A stretch of DNA of 64,000 nucleotides from Cycas panzhihuaensis. Lineage: Eukaryota; Plantae; Cycadophyta. The notes below the pieces were generated by a model. It had not been told where the DNA came from, did not search any database, and saw only the letters and a list, made by a program, of their open reading frames with translations. Position 1 is the first letter of the stretch, and each line of letters starts with the position of its first letter. The stretch lies in assembly GCA_023213395.1 (NCBI GenBank), contig CM041465.1:231329741-231393740 (forward strand), written 5' to 3'. The translations under genes were made by a program, and so were the position numbers. Below, piece after piece: positions 25,655-38,871 of this stretch.

Positions 25655-26455
25655 TCTAGGTTTTGGATAGTTAACTTTCAATTTTCTTTTTATATTTCTT
25701 TAACTTGAAAGAATATTTCTATAGGAGCTCATCTTAAGAATATTAAGAGAGGGTTGAGGAGTTTCCTATGCCTTAATTATTTTTGTCTCTAATGATATAA
25801 AGAGGATTTTGAGTGGGTAATCCCTCCTCTTCCTAGAAAGTTTAAAAGAATCTCCTCCACACTTGTTTGGGTGAATACTACTGCCTAATATAAAGACTTG
25901 ATTAGTTAATCACATGTGCATGTATGTGACCTACTATCCTAATCACCTTTGACTAAGTTTTAGGTGCTACAATTATAGCTTGGAGATAAGGTTGATCTAA
26001 GTCCCCTATTCTCTGAATTATGTTATTGTACATGCTTCTTTTATTGAGGTAGGATAAAGTAAGTCCTATATTCTCTAGTTGTACTCTGTACATGAGGGTG
26101 AGAAATCCCCTATATTCTAGTATTTTGGATACGAGGGTAAGGAATCCCCTCTGGTTATTTATTATGCATAAGAGTGAGAAGTCTCCTATGCTCTAATTAT
26201 TTCATATCTAACAATAAGGAGTCCTCTCTTATCTAATAAATAGTGTAGTGTGAAACCCATTGGTTGCACATTAAAGTAGTCCATTTAGATTATTAGAACA
26301 ATGAGCTACATGTAGTATGGCATTTTATAATTTGGTTTGAAGGATGAGTAAAGTGTGCATATTTATGACATTCCAATAGAAATCAAGAGATGGCAACAAC
26401 TTCTAATTACTAAATCATATTTGAAGAATATACTTTCTTTGAAGGGGGAGGTTAG
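25655..26455 (+). repeat. TE1 5' LTR, segment 2
   Basis: Colinear with 55510-55574 plus 57895-58635. Contains ~40-bp atgagggtgaggagtcccctat tandem units. Confidence 0.88.
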
Positions 26456-26937
26456 TGAAGAGAAAATATAACCGAGAAGCAATGTGATAATAGAACTCTA
26501 AACCGTGCAAAGAATAAATAACATAAACAAATCAAACACTCAACAAAGAACACCAAGAGATTCAGGTCTAAGCATAGACCTTTTATTAATCTGAGCAACA
26601 GCTAAAGAATTATAGAGATGAATATACCCTAACTCTTCTCCTCGACTCATCCACGATTATATCATCATTTTCATATTCATATCTTATATGTGCCATTACA
26701 TAAGAATATATAGACACAACATTACAAAGTATCACCTTGCGGTTTTACAATACAATGGGCATAAACCATTGGGCTGACAAAGACCCCTATAAGATACAAA
26801 AAAAAAAAAAAAAATCTCGTGGGCTCCCACCCTTGAACCCCTGCCTAGGGAGCCGTTAGCCCCTAGACCCCACAAAGAGGCTCAGGTGTAACACCTATAC
26901 CCATGTAACACTTGCAAAGTATTCAACATATCTAACA
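26456..26937 (-). repeat. TE7 3' LTR
   Basis: tgaagagaaaat...tctaaca. Confidence 0.92.
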
Positions 26938-26982
26938 ATCTCCCACTTATTGAACACTTTACAAGAAAAGTTGCATACACAA

Positions 26983-29900
26983 CTATTGAATGCCAAAATC
27001 ACAAATACCCATTACAATTCTACACCATTTAAATTTTTCTATACTAACAATCTTAGTCAATGAGTTTGCAGCATTCTCTTATGTAGTAATCTTTTGCAAG
27101 TCCATCTTGTGATCTTGAACTATTTCCCTCATAAAATGAAACTACACATCAATATTCTTTGACCAAGCATGAAAAATGGGGTTCTTTACTAGGTAGATTA
27201 CACTTTAACTATCACAATCTATCCTCATAGCATCTTGCTTAAAGCCAATATGTGTGCATAGTCTTTATAACCAAACTGCTTCCTTGCACACGAGTAGCTT
27301 CCATATACTCTACTTCTATACTAGAAAGTGCCACAACTTGTTGTCTTTTACTCATCCAACTAGTTGCGCCACCATAAAGGGTAAAAACATATCTGCTTGT
27401 AGATCTTCTGCTATTAAGATCTCTAGCCCAATCAGCATCAACAAAACCTCTTAGGTTCATTGTTCTGCTCTTTATGGGATCTCCTTGATAGCAAATTCCA
27501 TAGTCTAATGTACCTCATGGATAACTAAAAATCCTTTTCACAGCCACCTAATGCTCCTTACCTGGGTTTGACATATACCTGCTAACTACTCCCATTGCAT
27601 GGGCAATGTCTGGTCGAGTACAAACCATCGCATACATCAAGCTACCAATAGCGTTAACATAAGGGACAAATGTCATATCTTCAACTTCTTCGTGAGTCTT
27701 TTGGTATTGTTTAGCTAATGATTTTAAACTAGCAGGAAAAGAAACATTAACTAGTTTACTATCTTGCAACCTAAATCATTGCAATATTATTTTAATGTAC
27801 CATCTTTGGCTAAGCTAAATCTTCCTATTTCTCTTATCCCTTTTAATCTCAATGCCTAAAATAAAATGTGCAACACCAAGGTCCTTCATCTCAAAGTGAG
27901 ATGCCAATTGGTCTTTCACAAGTTGGTTCATTCCTTTATGATTACTAACTAAAAGTATGTCATTAACATATAAAACCAGAATAACAAAATGGTCACCAAC
28001 CTGCTTATAATAAATACAATGATCTACTTTGCTACACACAAAGCCAAATGCCAACATATGTGAATCAAACTTTTGATACCACATCCTTGGTGACTGTTTC
28101 ACGCCGTATAATGACTTCTTCAACATGCACACCATATTCTCCTTGCTTGCAACTTCAAACCCTTTAGGTTGCAATATATAAATTTCTTCCTTAAGATCAC
28201 CATGAAGAAATGTAGTCTTCATATCCATTTGATCCACCTCAAGGTCATAGGTAGTTGCTATAGCTAACCAAAATCTAATTGAAGAAACTTTTGTAATAGG
28301 ATAAAATACCTCACCAAAATCTATTCCCTTGACTTGGGAATAACTCTTTGCTACCAAGTCAGCCTTGTACTTTTCCACGGTACCATCTGCTCAAAACTTC
28401 TTCTTAAAGATCCATTTATTATCAACAGGTTTTCTGCCATCAGGCAGATCCACCAAATCCTACATATTAGTTTTGTCCAAGGCCATCATTTCTTCCTACA
28501 TGGCCTTCATCCAAAGTTGGCTCTCATTTGACTCTAAAGCCTCCCAAACAGTACCTAGATCACCATCTATAGCAAATAAAACACAAGAGGAGCAATGAAA
28601 GTCTTCAGGAATATACCTATTAAGTTGTCTTCTCGCATGAGTTGATCTCCTTAAGATGTGGGGTTCTTGAGGTTGAGCTACCTCTAGAGATTGTTCTTCC
28701 TCTTCAACTAATTCATATTCTAATATAGAATCTTTATCCCTTACTTTAAATTGTACCTTCTTAAAGTATTCCTCCTTTGGTTCTTCATCCTGCTTTAGAG
28801 ACTTAAACTCCTCTCTAAAGACAACATCAGAGTTATACATAACCTTTTGTGTTTCAAGGTTATAAAGCTTATATATTTTAACACCATCACCATAGCCAAT
28901 GAAAATAGTCTTTTTTGCTTTGAAATCAAGCTTAGTCCTTTGATGTTTAGGAACATGTACAAAAGCTTCATAACTAAAAACTCTAAGATGACCAAGAGAT
29001 GGTTTCTTACCAGACCATACTTCTTTAGATGATTTGTATACTAAGGCAGTTGTCGATGATGTATTGATCAAGTAGTTTGTAGTTATCATAGCCTCTGCCC
29101 AAAATTTCTTCTCTAATCCAACAGTAGTGAGCATACTCCTTGATCTCTCCACTAAGGTCCTATTCATCCTTTCGGCAACTCTGTTCTGTTGTGGCATATA
29201 GGGAATCATCTTTTGCCTTGCTATCCCACACTGCCTATAGAACTGCTCAAATTCCTTTAAGCAAAACTCACCTCCATTATCATTCCTCAATACCTTGATC
29301 TGCCTGTTACTCTGATTCTCAACCAAGGCCTTGAATTCTTTGAATTTACTGAAGATTTCAGATTTCTGCTTGAGAAAAGGTACCTATGTCTTTCTCGAGA
29401 AATTGTCTATGAATGAGACAAAGCATTTGGACCCATCCAATGAGGGTACATCAACAGGTCTAAAAACATCGATGTGTACCAATTGCAGAATACCCTTTTC
29501 TCTCTTCGAACTTGAAGGAAAATTGATCTGATTTTGTTTGCCATACACACAATGCTCATAGAAATCAAAATCAAAGGAGCCATTAATTTTAGAGATGTCT
29601 TCTGCCATACCTTTGGAGAATAAATCATGAAGATCTTTCTCTCTAATATGGCCCAGTCTCTGATACCACATCATAGTTTTACCAGTAAGTGATATTTGAG
29701 TCTCGTCTTCTTTATTACTACTTTCTGTAATAGCTGGACTACAACTTCCAGCACACATTGTACTTGCATCAATCTTATATAGTGTTCCAAATCGAACCCC
29801 TCTTGCTAACACTAATGCTCATTGAACCATTTTATAACTGTCTTTATTGAATATCACTTCTATTCCTACATCACTCAATTGACTAACAAACAATAGACTC

Positions 29901-30958
29901 ATAGCTAAATTAGGAATATGACTCACATCAGGGATAGTTTTAACCCTTCTATTCCCAAATCAAACCTTTACCCTTCCATGGCCCATAATTTTATATGGGT
30001 AATGATCCCTAAGAAATACCTCACCTCTATTAATCCTTGTGTATTCACAAAACTAGTCCCTATGGGGAGTAACATGAAGCGAAGCACCAAAGTCATTTAA
30101 CCAAGACTCAACATTTGACAGCTTACTTGAGGTTGCCACATAAATATTGCCATCAGCTTTATAGGAGGCTTTTGCTACCGTGGAAGAAGTAGCTTTAGGT
30201 GACTTTCCCTTGTCTACCTTGACTTGACATTCGCTCTTCATATGGCCAGATTTCCCACATCTCCAACATACCAAAGGTCCTCTACCTGGAGATTTAGATT
30301 TTCCTCTAGATTTTAGTTATGTGTTCCTAGGTCTTTATTGGTCGTGATCTAATGTTTGACCTCTCACTACTACTGCTTCTTTCGAATAATTCTCAAAAGA
30401 TTTTTGCCTTATCTCTTCTGATAATAGACTAGCAAAAACATCATCAAATTTTAGGGTGGCAGTAGCCGTGCTGCTAATCGTCATCACAAGATTATCCCAT
30501 GAATCAAGAAGATAACATAACAAGGTAATACACTTGTCTTCTTCAGACATTGCTATCCCAATTAAAATAAGGTGGCTCACCATGGTGTTAAATACAGTGA
30601 GATGATCTGTAACTATATTTCCATCACTCATTCTAAGTGAATACAACTTTTTTTGAAGAAATAGCTTGTTAACCAGGGACTTTATCTGATACAAAGCCTC
30701 TAACTTTCTCCACAGATCTTTAGCCATAGACTCTGTGGCAACATTTAGCAACACCATGTCTGAAAGGCATAGCCTTATCAAACTAATTACCTTTTGATTG
30801 AGCTTCTTCTAATATTCATCACCCATAGTCACGGGCTTTGTTCCTACTATAGTAATCTACTGATCCTTCTTGGCGAGGATATCTTCCATCTTTAACTTCC
30901 ACAGCTTAAAGTTTTGGCTATTGAACTTTTCAATCTCCATCTTTGTAGTGCTTGCCAT
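26983..30958 (-). pseudogene. TE7 gag-pol remnant
   Basis: Start MASTTKMEIEKFNSQNFKLWKLKM; zinc knuckle CWRCGKSGHMKSEC; WLNDFGASLH; LRNDNGGEF; KSLYGVKQSPRMW; LYVNDILL; CTRPDIAH; GFVDADWA. Longest surviving ORF fragments in the window. Confidence 0.95.
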
Positions 30959-31044
30959 GATCTTCATACTCAAGTTCACTACATAAGGCTCCCACTTACC
31001 AAATGGCTTCCCACAGAACTAAAACCCTTAGCTCTGATACCAAA

Positions 31045-31498
31045 TAAAAAGAAAATATAATCAAGAAGCAATGTGATAACAGAACTCTAAACCATGCAAA
31101 GAATAAATAACATAAACAAATCAAATACTCAATAAAGAACACCAAGAGATTAAAGTCTAAGCATAGACCTTTTATTAATTTGAGTAACAGCTAAAGAATT
31201 ATAGAGATGAATAGACCCCAACTCTTCTCCTCGACTCATCCATGATTATACCATCATCTTCATATTCATATCTTATATGTGTCATTACATAAGAATATAT
31301 AGACACAACATTACAAGGTACTGCCTTACAGATTTACAATATAATGAGCATAAACCATTGGGCCGACAAAGTCCCCTATAAGACATCCAAAAAATAAATT
31401 TATTGGAGGCTCTCACCCCTGAACCACTACCAGGGGGGTGGTTGACCCCCCAGACCCCCTAGTTGAGGGCCCTACAATGGGCCCCCAAACCCCACACA
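31045..31498 (-). repeat. TE7 5' LTR
   Basis: Direct repeat of 26456-26937 with indels in the GC-rich end. Confidence 0.9.
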
Positions 31499-31913
31499 GT
31501 TGGGATTATAAGAAGAGTGACCTACCAGTATTCAAGTGCTCATATTATATGCTCCATCTTGGAGGCACTTTCCTCTTTAGGATTGTGAAAGGTTAAGTGG
31601 TGAATTTGTCTAAAGTAATATGGTTATCTCTTCCCCTTTTATACTAAAATATTTGGCATATTATCTCATTTGATGGTTGTAATTCTATGTTCCCTTATGT
31701 GATTTCACGTGCTACCATGAACAAAAAAAACATGTTTGTAAATGCATAAGCACCCTTGTTCACTTGAATTTATAATATCATATGAGTAAATATTTCTATT
31801 AAGAATATAATACATGATTTGTGTTTTCAACAAATTTATTTAAATGGCTTGGTGCTTACCTTATTAAGTAAGCATTTGTCACGTGTATTATATCCTAAAG
31901 GAAGGTCATGATA
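31499..31913 (+). repeat. TE1 5' LTR, segment 3
   Basis: Colinear with 58631-59033; followed by the PBS. Confidence 0.9.
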
Positions 31914-31917
31914 ATTA

Positions 31918-31929
31918 TGGTATTAGAGC
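31918..31929 (+). promoter_or_regulatory. TE1 primer-binding site (tRNA-iMet)
   Basis: tggtattagagc, 4 bp after the LTR end. Confidence 0.85.
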
Positions 31930-32094
31930 CTATGTTTAAAGGCCCACAATAAAATTTCTTAGACAACAATTATTTGAAGGTTCACAAAATAAATATGGAA
32001 CATATTTTCTATAAATAACAAGTTGAAAGTTATCCAAACATTAAATAAAATAAGTAGATTTCAAGTTTTGTGCTAGAAAAGAAAATTGCTCAAG

Positions 32095-32420
32095 TGTTAA
32101 GAAACATGACTAAATACATACATGTTTACATAATTCAAAATCTTTACCATACATAATAAGAAAACAGAATAAACAAAGAATAATTGCATAGTACGTAAGA
32201 TATATGTAGAAAAATATTTTAGTAAAAAACCCACCATAAAAGATATTTTGATTACATTGATACTAAATTACTTAAATATATAATGGACTCTAATTCCCCA
32301 AGAGGTGTCAACTCTTAAAGGTCATGACCCTCCAAATAACTTGCACCTTTTTGTTAATCACATAATTAAACCATACATTGACATTAATAAGTGACTTAAC
32401 ATTAAACTACCATGCTAACA
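32095..32420 (-). repeat. TE8 3' LTR
   Basis: tgttaagaaac...catgctaaca. Confidence 0.92.
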
Positions 32421-32516
32421 TTCCTCCTTAATATGAATGTGGAGAATCTGTAGTAGTTTAGTTATCATGAAGGCTGGATTATCCTTTTCCTTTATCCTTG
32501 TTGCTACATCCCCCCT

Positions 32517-35500
32517 TAAGGGTAACTTTTATGAGTCTCAATTTGGTACATATTTTTTTTAAATTAATCTTTAATAAGTTCTTTGGTAAAGGCATTCGCA
32601 AGTTGATTTTCACTTAGACAATAGTTAACTTGTAGCTTCATTGATTTGATCTATTTATAAATGAAGTGGTATTGTATCTTGATGTGCTTTATACAAGTAT
32701 GAAACTCTAGATTATTTAATAAACAAATAGTACTATGATTCTCAATAAAAATAATTAAGTTGCCATGTGAAACTCTAAGAATATCTAAGAGACCTTATAG
32801 CTATATAGCTTCTTTTACACTAATATTGAGTCCTTGATATTCTACCTCTATGGAAGATAGTACCAGTATTTGTTACTTCTTTAACTAACATTAAATAAGT
32901 CCATTGTTGACATCGAAGATATATCTTATAATGGAATTTTGATCGTCAGAGTCATCTTCCCAATCAACATCACTATAGCCATATAACTTTATCTCTTCAC
33001 CATGAAGGTATTAAAGACCAAAATTTAAAGTCCCTTTCAAATACTTCAAAATCTCCTTTATTATAATCCAATGTTGTTCTTGAGGATACTACATGTATCA
33101 AGAAACCAAGACAATAATATAGGCAATATTTGGTCTGGTATAAGTCAAATAGATTAGACTCTCTACTAATTGACAATATAAGGTTCCATCTATAGAGGGT
33201 TTCTTCGTGTCTTTCTATAACTTCATGCCTTTAACACAAGGTGTTGCAACTAGTTTATAGTCTTGCATCCTAAACTTTTCTAGTAGATTCTTTATATATT
33301 AAGTCTGTAACATCATAATCTTATCTTCCATTTGCCTAACCTCAATGCATAGGAAGTAGTGTAGAGGTTCTAGGTCTATCATATCAAATGTCACTACCAA
33401 GTTAGATTTAACTTAAACAATAGTCTTATTACAATTGCCTTTAATAATTAAATCATCTATATACAATGCAATAATAACTATCAAAGTCCTACTCCTTTTA
33501 ATATATAGATTTGGCTTAAGATCTATAACAACAAATCATTCTTCCTTTAGTTTGGTATCAATCTTAGCATACTAAACATGAGGTGCTTGTTTCAAACCAT
33601 AGAGTGATTTTTTCAAATGACATACAAGATGCTCATGACCTTGCTTAATGAATCCCATATATTACAACATATAGATCTCCTCCTTTAGGTCTCCATTAAG
33701 AAATGTAAACTTTACATCTATTTAATATAACTCTCAACCATATGTAGCTACTAAGGAAATGATTAATTGGATAGTAGTTATCTTGGAGACTAGTGTAAAT
33801 GTCTCCTCATATTCAATTCCTTCTTTCTATTTAAACCCTTATAAAGCAAGCATGGCTTTGTACTTATCCACCTCTTTATTGGAGTAGAACTTTGTATTAT
33901 AGACCCACTTACATCCACTTAGGTTCTTCTTTGTAGGTAAAGGAATTAAATCTCATGTGGCATTCTTCATCATTAAGCCATACTCCTCTATCATAGTTCT
34001 CTCTCATGGATCATCCTTTGCTCTTCATATGAAATAGGATCATTGGAGTTATTAGTATTCACCTTAGAGTCTAATTAGCATATTGGCTTCTAGTTCTTTT
34101 ATCATTAGTAAGGTCTTGCAATACAATACCAAATTCTTTTATTGTCTTCCTTGCCCATAATGGTATACAAGGACCTAGTGCTATAGGTACTTTTTCATGT
34201 GATGGCTCATCAATATTACTTTCTCCACTTGGTCCAACTTCCTCTTAAATCACAGTGACTGGCTTATCATCCTCTTTAGTTGTTATAATAGGAAATATAA
34301 GTAATAAGGGGTAAAAAGGTTCTTCTGATGGCTACTTAGAATGATATATTAATGACTCATTAAATTTTATATCCTAGTTAATCACAATTTTTCTTCCCTA
34401 TGGATCCCATAGTTAGTAAGCTTTATTTTGATCATAATACCCTATAAATATGTACTTTAAACTTTTACAATCTAGCTTCTTATGATTATTATTAAGGATA
34501 TGCACCTAAATATCTTAACATAACCAATGGTTGGTTTACAATCAATCTATTTTTCTTTAAGGGTCATGCCATGAACTATTTGAGTGGGTACTTTGTTCAT
34601 AATATAAACAATAGTTATAATAGCTTCTACCCAAAACATCAGTGGTAAGTTTTTAGAATGCACCATACACCTTACCATTTCTATTATGGTATGATTCTTT
34701 CTCTCTATAATGGCATTATGTTGTGGGATATATGGGATAGTGAATTCTTCTTTTATATCATGATCTCAATAAGATTGATTAAATGCATAATGATCATATT
34801 ATTTACCTTTATCACTCCTTAATATTTTTATTTTATTTTCATATTCATTTTCAATATATGCTTTCTAATCATGAAAGTGATTACCCACATCTGACTTATT
34901 CTTAAGGAAATAAAGTCAGGCCTTTCTAGTGTAGTCATCTATAAACACTAAAGTATATCGAGCTCTAGATATAGAAGGAATTAAAGTGGCACCATCAAGT
35001 CTATATGCATAAGTCCAAGCTTCTCCTTAACTCCCCAAGCATTATCCTAAGCAAAAGGATAATGGTGATGCTTTCTATACATAAACCCTTCACACACACC
35101 TTTTGAACATGAAATAGATGGTGATCCTTCCACCACTTTCAACCTTTCATCATTGTGATGCTTCTGTAATTAAGATGATCCAAGTGATCATCCCACAGCT
35201 TACTCACATCATCAGTTTTGGCAAGAAAAATATAAGGTCTCTTATGGAATTAAAATTTCTCGAACACCTAGAAATTATCCCTTGCTTTCCTAGTAGTAAT
35301 AATAGATAAATTCTACTTTTGACCCTTAATCAAGCATCTATCTTTGTAGAGCTCAACCTTCATACCTTATTTGCAGATCTCATAGGCTGAAAGTAAATTC
35401 ATCTTCATCTTATGTATATACCCCTTTAAATTTGCCTCCTACCAAGGATATATTGCCAACACCTTCAACAAGTAGCATACACATATCTCCAAGGATAATC

Positions 35501-36449
35501 TCAACATTATTAAGATCATCACTCAATGTATCAAAGTTCTACTTCTAAAAAGAGATATGTTTATGTACTCTTGACTCCAAAATCCAATAATCTCTCTGAC
35601 TTGATTTGATCGATAAGGCTAAAACTCTAACATAATGTGTTTCAACACTTTTCCCCTTATCATCTTGGCTAGCTTTACATTTATCCTATCTTTTGAACTA
35701 GTATTTCTTCTCTCCATGGCATTCCTTTTTGTAGTAGTTATATTTTATAGTGAATTTTTTCTTCTCCCAAGATTCTTCGCCTATTCTTTGTGTGGACTTT
35801 CTTCCTTAACGATCTCTTTCCTTTGCATCTTCACAATTAAGGCTTGATTTGAATCAGAACCACCAAGTATCCCATGGTGTTTTAACTTGGCATCCTTAGC
35901 TAGAATGAGATTTTTAATACCATTAAATATTTCACCCTCTGTTACTTTATCTCTCGTATATATGGTCTATAAAGTTATAAATGCAACTCATAGTTTTAAT
36001 ATAATCATCGCAAGCAATAGTGCATCATCAATTGAGTGTGGTTTCAACTCTTCCAACTTATTCTTCAAATTAGTGACTTTATTCAAGTAGCTGCTTATGT
36101 TGGTCTCATCTTCCACCTTAGAATTGAGAAGCTCCAACATTAAAACAAGATGCCTGTTTGCCTTTTTCTTCTTAAATATCTCACACAACTTTGCCCAAAT
36201 TTTATCTAATTGCTCAAGGTTATGAACCACTACTCTCTAGTTTAGAACCAGTGACAATTTTAATAATCTAACTGCCATGAATTAGTTCCCCCAAAGATAA
36301 ATACATTCTTTATGATCGAGCAAAATTGCATCCACTTTCTCCTTTGTTAGTACCTAGAGTTAATTGACCATGAGTATTAACTTCAGATTGACCTTCTATT
36401 CACTAAAGTTATTACCAATAAAGATGAATTTAGGCATTAATCTATCCAT
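32517..36449 (-). pseudogene. TE8 gag-pol remnant (heavily decayed)
   Basis: Minus-strand motifs: gag SSYLNKVTNLKNKL (~36070); FIDDYTRKA (~34930); [10 protein letters not shown] (~33590); LYIDDLII (~33455); KHIKIQYHFI (~32670). Confidence 0.88.
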
Positions 36450-37794
36450 TCTTAAGAAATGAGCTTTAAAACAAAGTTAATAACAATAGACTACTAGACT
36501 TATAATCCCTTGGATACCATCAACTTTACTAATTTTTCCTTCTTCATAAGCATGTATCCCAAGGCACTCAATTTAATGGTTATGTAAGCTAAAAAAACCA
36601 CTAACCAATAATCAACCTAATAGCATTAAGGACTTAAAAAGATTCTTCGATTGTTTAAAAAGCTTCAAAAAAATACTTATATTTCTAAAACAAATGCTTT
36701 AAAATTTAAAATTTTCAATGTAAAAGTAGTTGAAAGGATATGTAAGTTTGATTTGATATTGAATTCAATACATATGTTCTATGAAATTGAAAGAAATCTT
36801 TAAAAGCCATGAAGTATTTCACTCAAAAATGTTTTCACAATGGTTTTACAAAGGTTTTAACTTTAATTTATATAGGAATATTCCCACGAGACATGTTCCT
36901 CAGTTAGCAATTATCCAAAACTTCCATGTGCCTTTTAACTTAACCCATGTGCTAAAAAATATACTTTATCAAATTTATGAGGTGGATTAAGGTTTAAAAA
37001 CCTTAGGTTATATAAAACACACCTCAAAACATGATTACGGCTCCAAAACATATGATAAAAAGGTTGTGATTATCATATGAAGGGTTATAACCTATGCAAA
37101 GGAAAACTAACTCCCTACAACTTATACACACATCTTCCAACTTAAAAACTATAGCTAAATACCATCCCTAACATACATAAGTAGGTTTAAGACCTCTTTC
37201 AAGCATGATTCATTTAAAATGAAAAGAAAACAAAATTGTAGGGTTCACAAAGTCACCCAACTCCAGTACTAATAAATAATAATAAAAAGAAATCCCTTCT
37301 AATAGCCTTAAATACTACCCAACAACCTTCCCACGGATAAAAAACCAATGTGCATGGATGCAATCTCGCTAATAAATGAAGTAATAATTTTTTTTGATAT
37401 AAAATATTTATTTTAATGCCCAATAATATTAAACATCTTTAAAATAATACCCATGTTACATTAATGATGTCCAACATTGCTAGATCACCTTCAAATCATG
37501 CCTAATTAGCTTTAGCTAGTACCCAACTAGCTCTGAATAACTCCAAAACAAGCCAAACTCATTCTAGAGAGCTTCCAAATATGATTTTTTACTCCAAACA
37601 CTGTATTAACCTTATTGATAAGAGAGTTTCATCTTCTTAATAACCATTGACTATTGTGCTTACTCTATAAGTTGTTAGAGAAGAGAAAATCCTCAAGAAA
37701 CTTCTATTCTGTTGGTTGTACCTAGCAACTAATGATCTTATCACTCCACCTAACCCTAGATTTATTTGTGTATGACCTTACGACTATAATACCA

Positions 37795-38130
37795 TATTAA
37801 GAAATATGAATAAATTCATACATGTTTACACACCATATAATCTTTACCATACACAACAAGCAAATAGAATAAATAGAGAATAATTTCATAGTACATAGGA
37901 TATATGTAGGAAAATCTTTCAATAAAAAATCCACTATAAAAGATCTTTTGATCACATTAATTCTAAATTACTTGAATATATAATAAACTTTGGGATATTT
38001 TAATCCCTTAAAAGGTGTCAATCCTTAAAGGTTATGACCCTCTAAATAACTTGCATATTTTTATTAATCATATAACTAAACCACACATTAATATTAATAA
38101 GTAGCTTAATATTAAACTACCATGCTAACA
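37795..38130 (-). repeat. TE8 5' LTR
   Basis: Direct repeat of 32095-32420. Confidence 0.92.
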
Positions 38131-38231
38131 CCAAGAAATTTCAAATTTAGAAAATTAAGAAGAGTTTGTTAAATCTTGTTAAATTTTGATTTAAAACTTG
38201 TTGGTTTGAGGATTATATAACCTGCAAAAAG

Positions 38232-38823
38232 TGTTGAGAAGATAAGGTCCCAATCACCTGAAACCACCACCAAGATCTAAACTATTTTGTAACTAGTTAC
38301 AGGAATCAAAATTGAAATTTCACATGCAAGTTCTTAAACTAAAGAAAATACAGTAAAATGAATAAGAAAGCTAACCATCACATATACACCCGATATAACG
38401 TGGTAAAACCCTAGCAATGTGCTAGGGAAACATCCACATAGGAAAGGTATTGATCTTTATTATCAAAGAATGGAGAAATGTACACAATATGTAATAGAAT
38501 ACTTACAACAACAATAACTAGCTGCCCAACTCTTCATGGTATATACAATATATCGAACACAATCAACATAATGAAAAAACATCCTAAAGCAGGCTATATA
38601 AGAGAACTATACAAGGCATAAATCTTGACCATAGAATTTAGGGTATTTTGAGCAAACGACCCTAATTCTCTTTATAATTTAGTATGCTTTTCAGTGTTAG
38701 CCCCCCAGATAAGGGGGATTCATGCCCCCCTTGGAACCCCTCGAGGAAGTTTTGGGGGGGAAACTACACTACCAACCTATCAAAATTTTAGCCTCTAAAA
38801 CATTGTTGTCACATTATCTAACA
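38232..38823 (-). repeat. TE9 3' LTR
   Basis: tgttgagaag...atctaaca. Confidence 0.93.
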
Positions 38824-38871
38824 ATCTCCACCTTGACAACAATTTACCTAATACCTTTCCTAGACCATTCA

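Larger units (their letters stand above)
26456..31498 (-). mobile_element. TE7: Ty1/Copia LTR retrotransposon (Tork/Tnt1-like)
   Basis: LTRs 26456-26937 and 31045-31498. Perfect PBS gctctgatacca 31031-31042. PPT atctcccactt at 26938. TSD gttag/gttgg; empty site visible at ~58631. Confidence 0.93.
32095..38130 (-). mobile_element. TE8: Ty1/Copia LTR retrotransposon in the TE1 5' leader
   Basis: LTRs 32095-32420 and 37795-38130. TSD tcaag/ccaag. Decayed PBS actataatacca 37783-37794. PPT ttcctccttaat at 32421. Confidence 0.92.
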
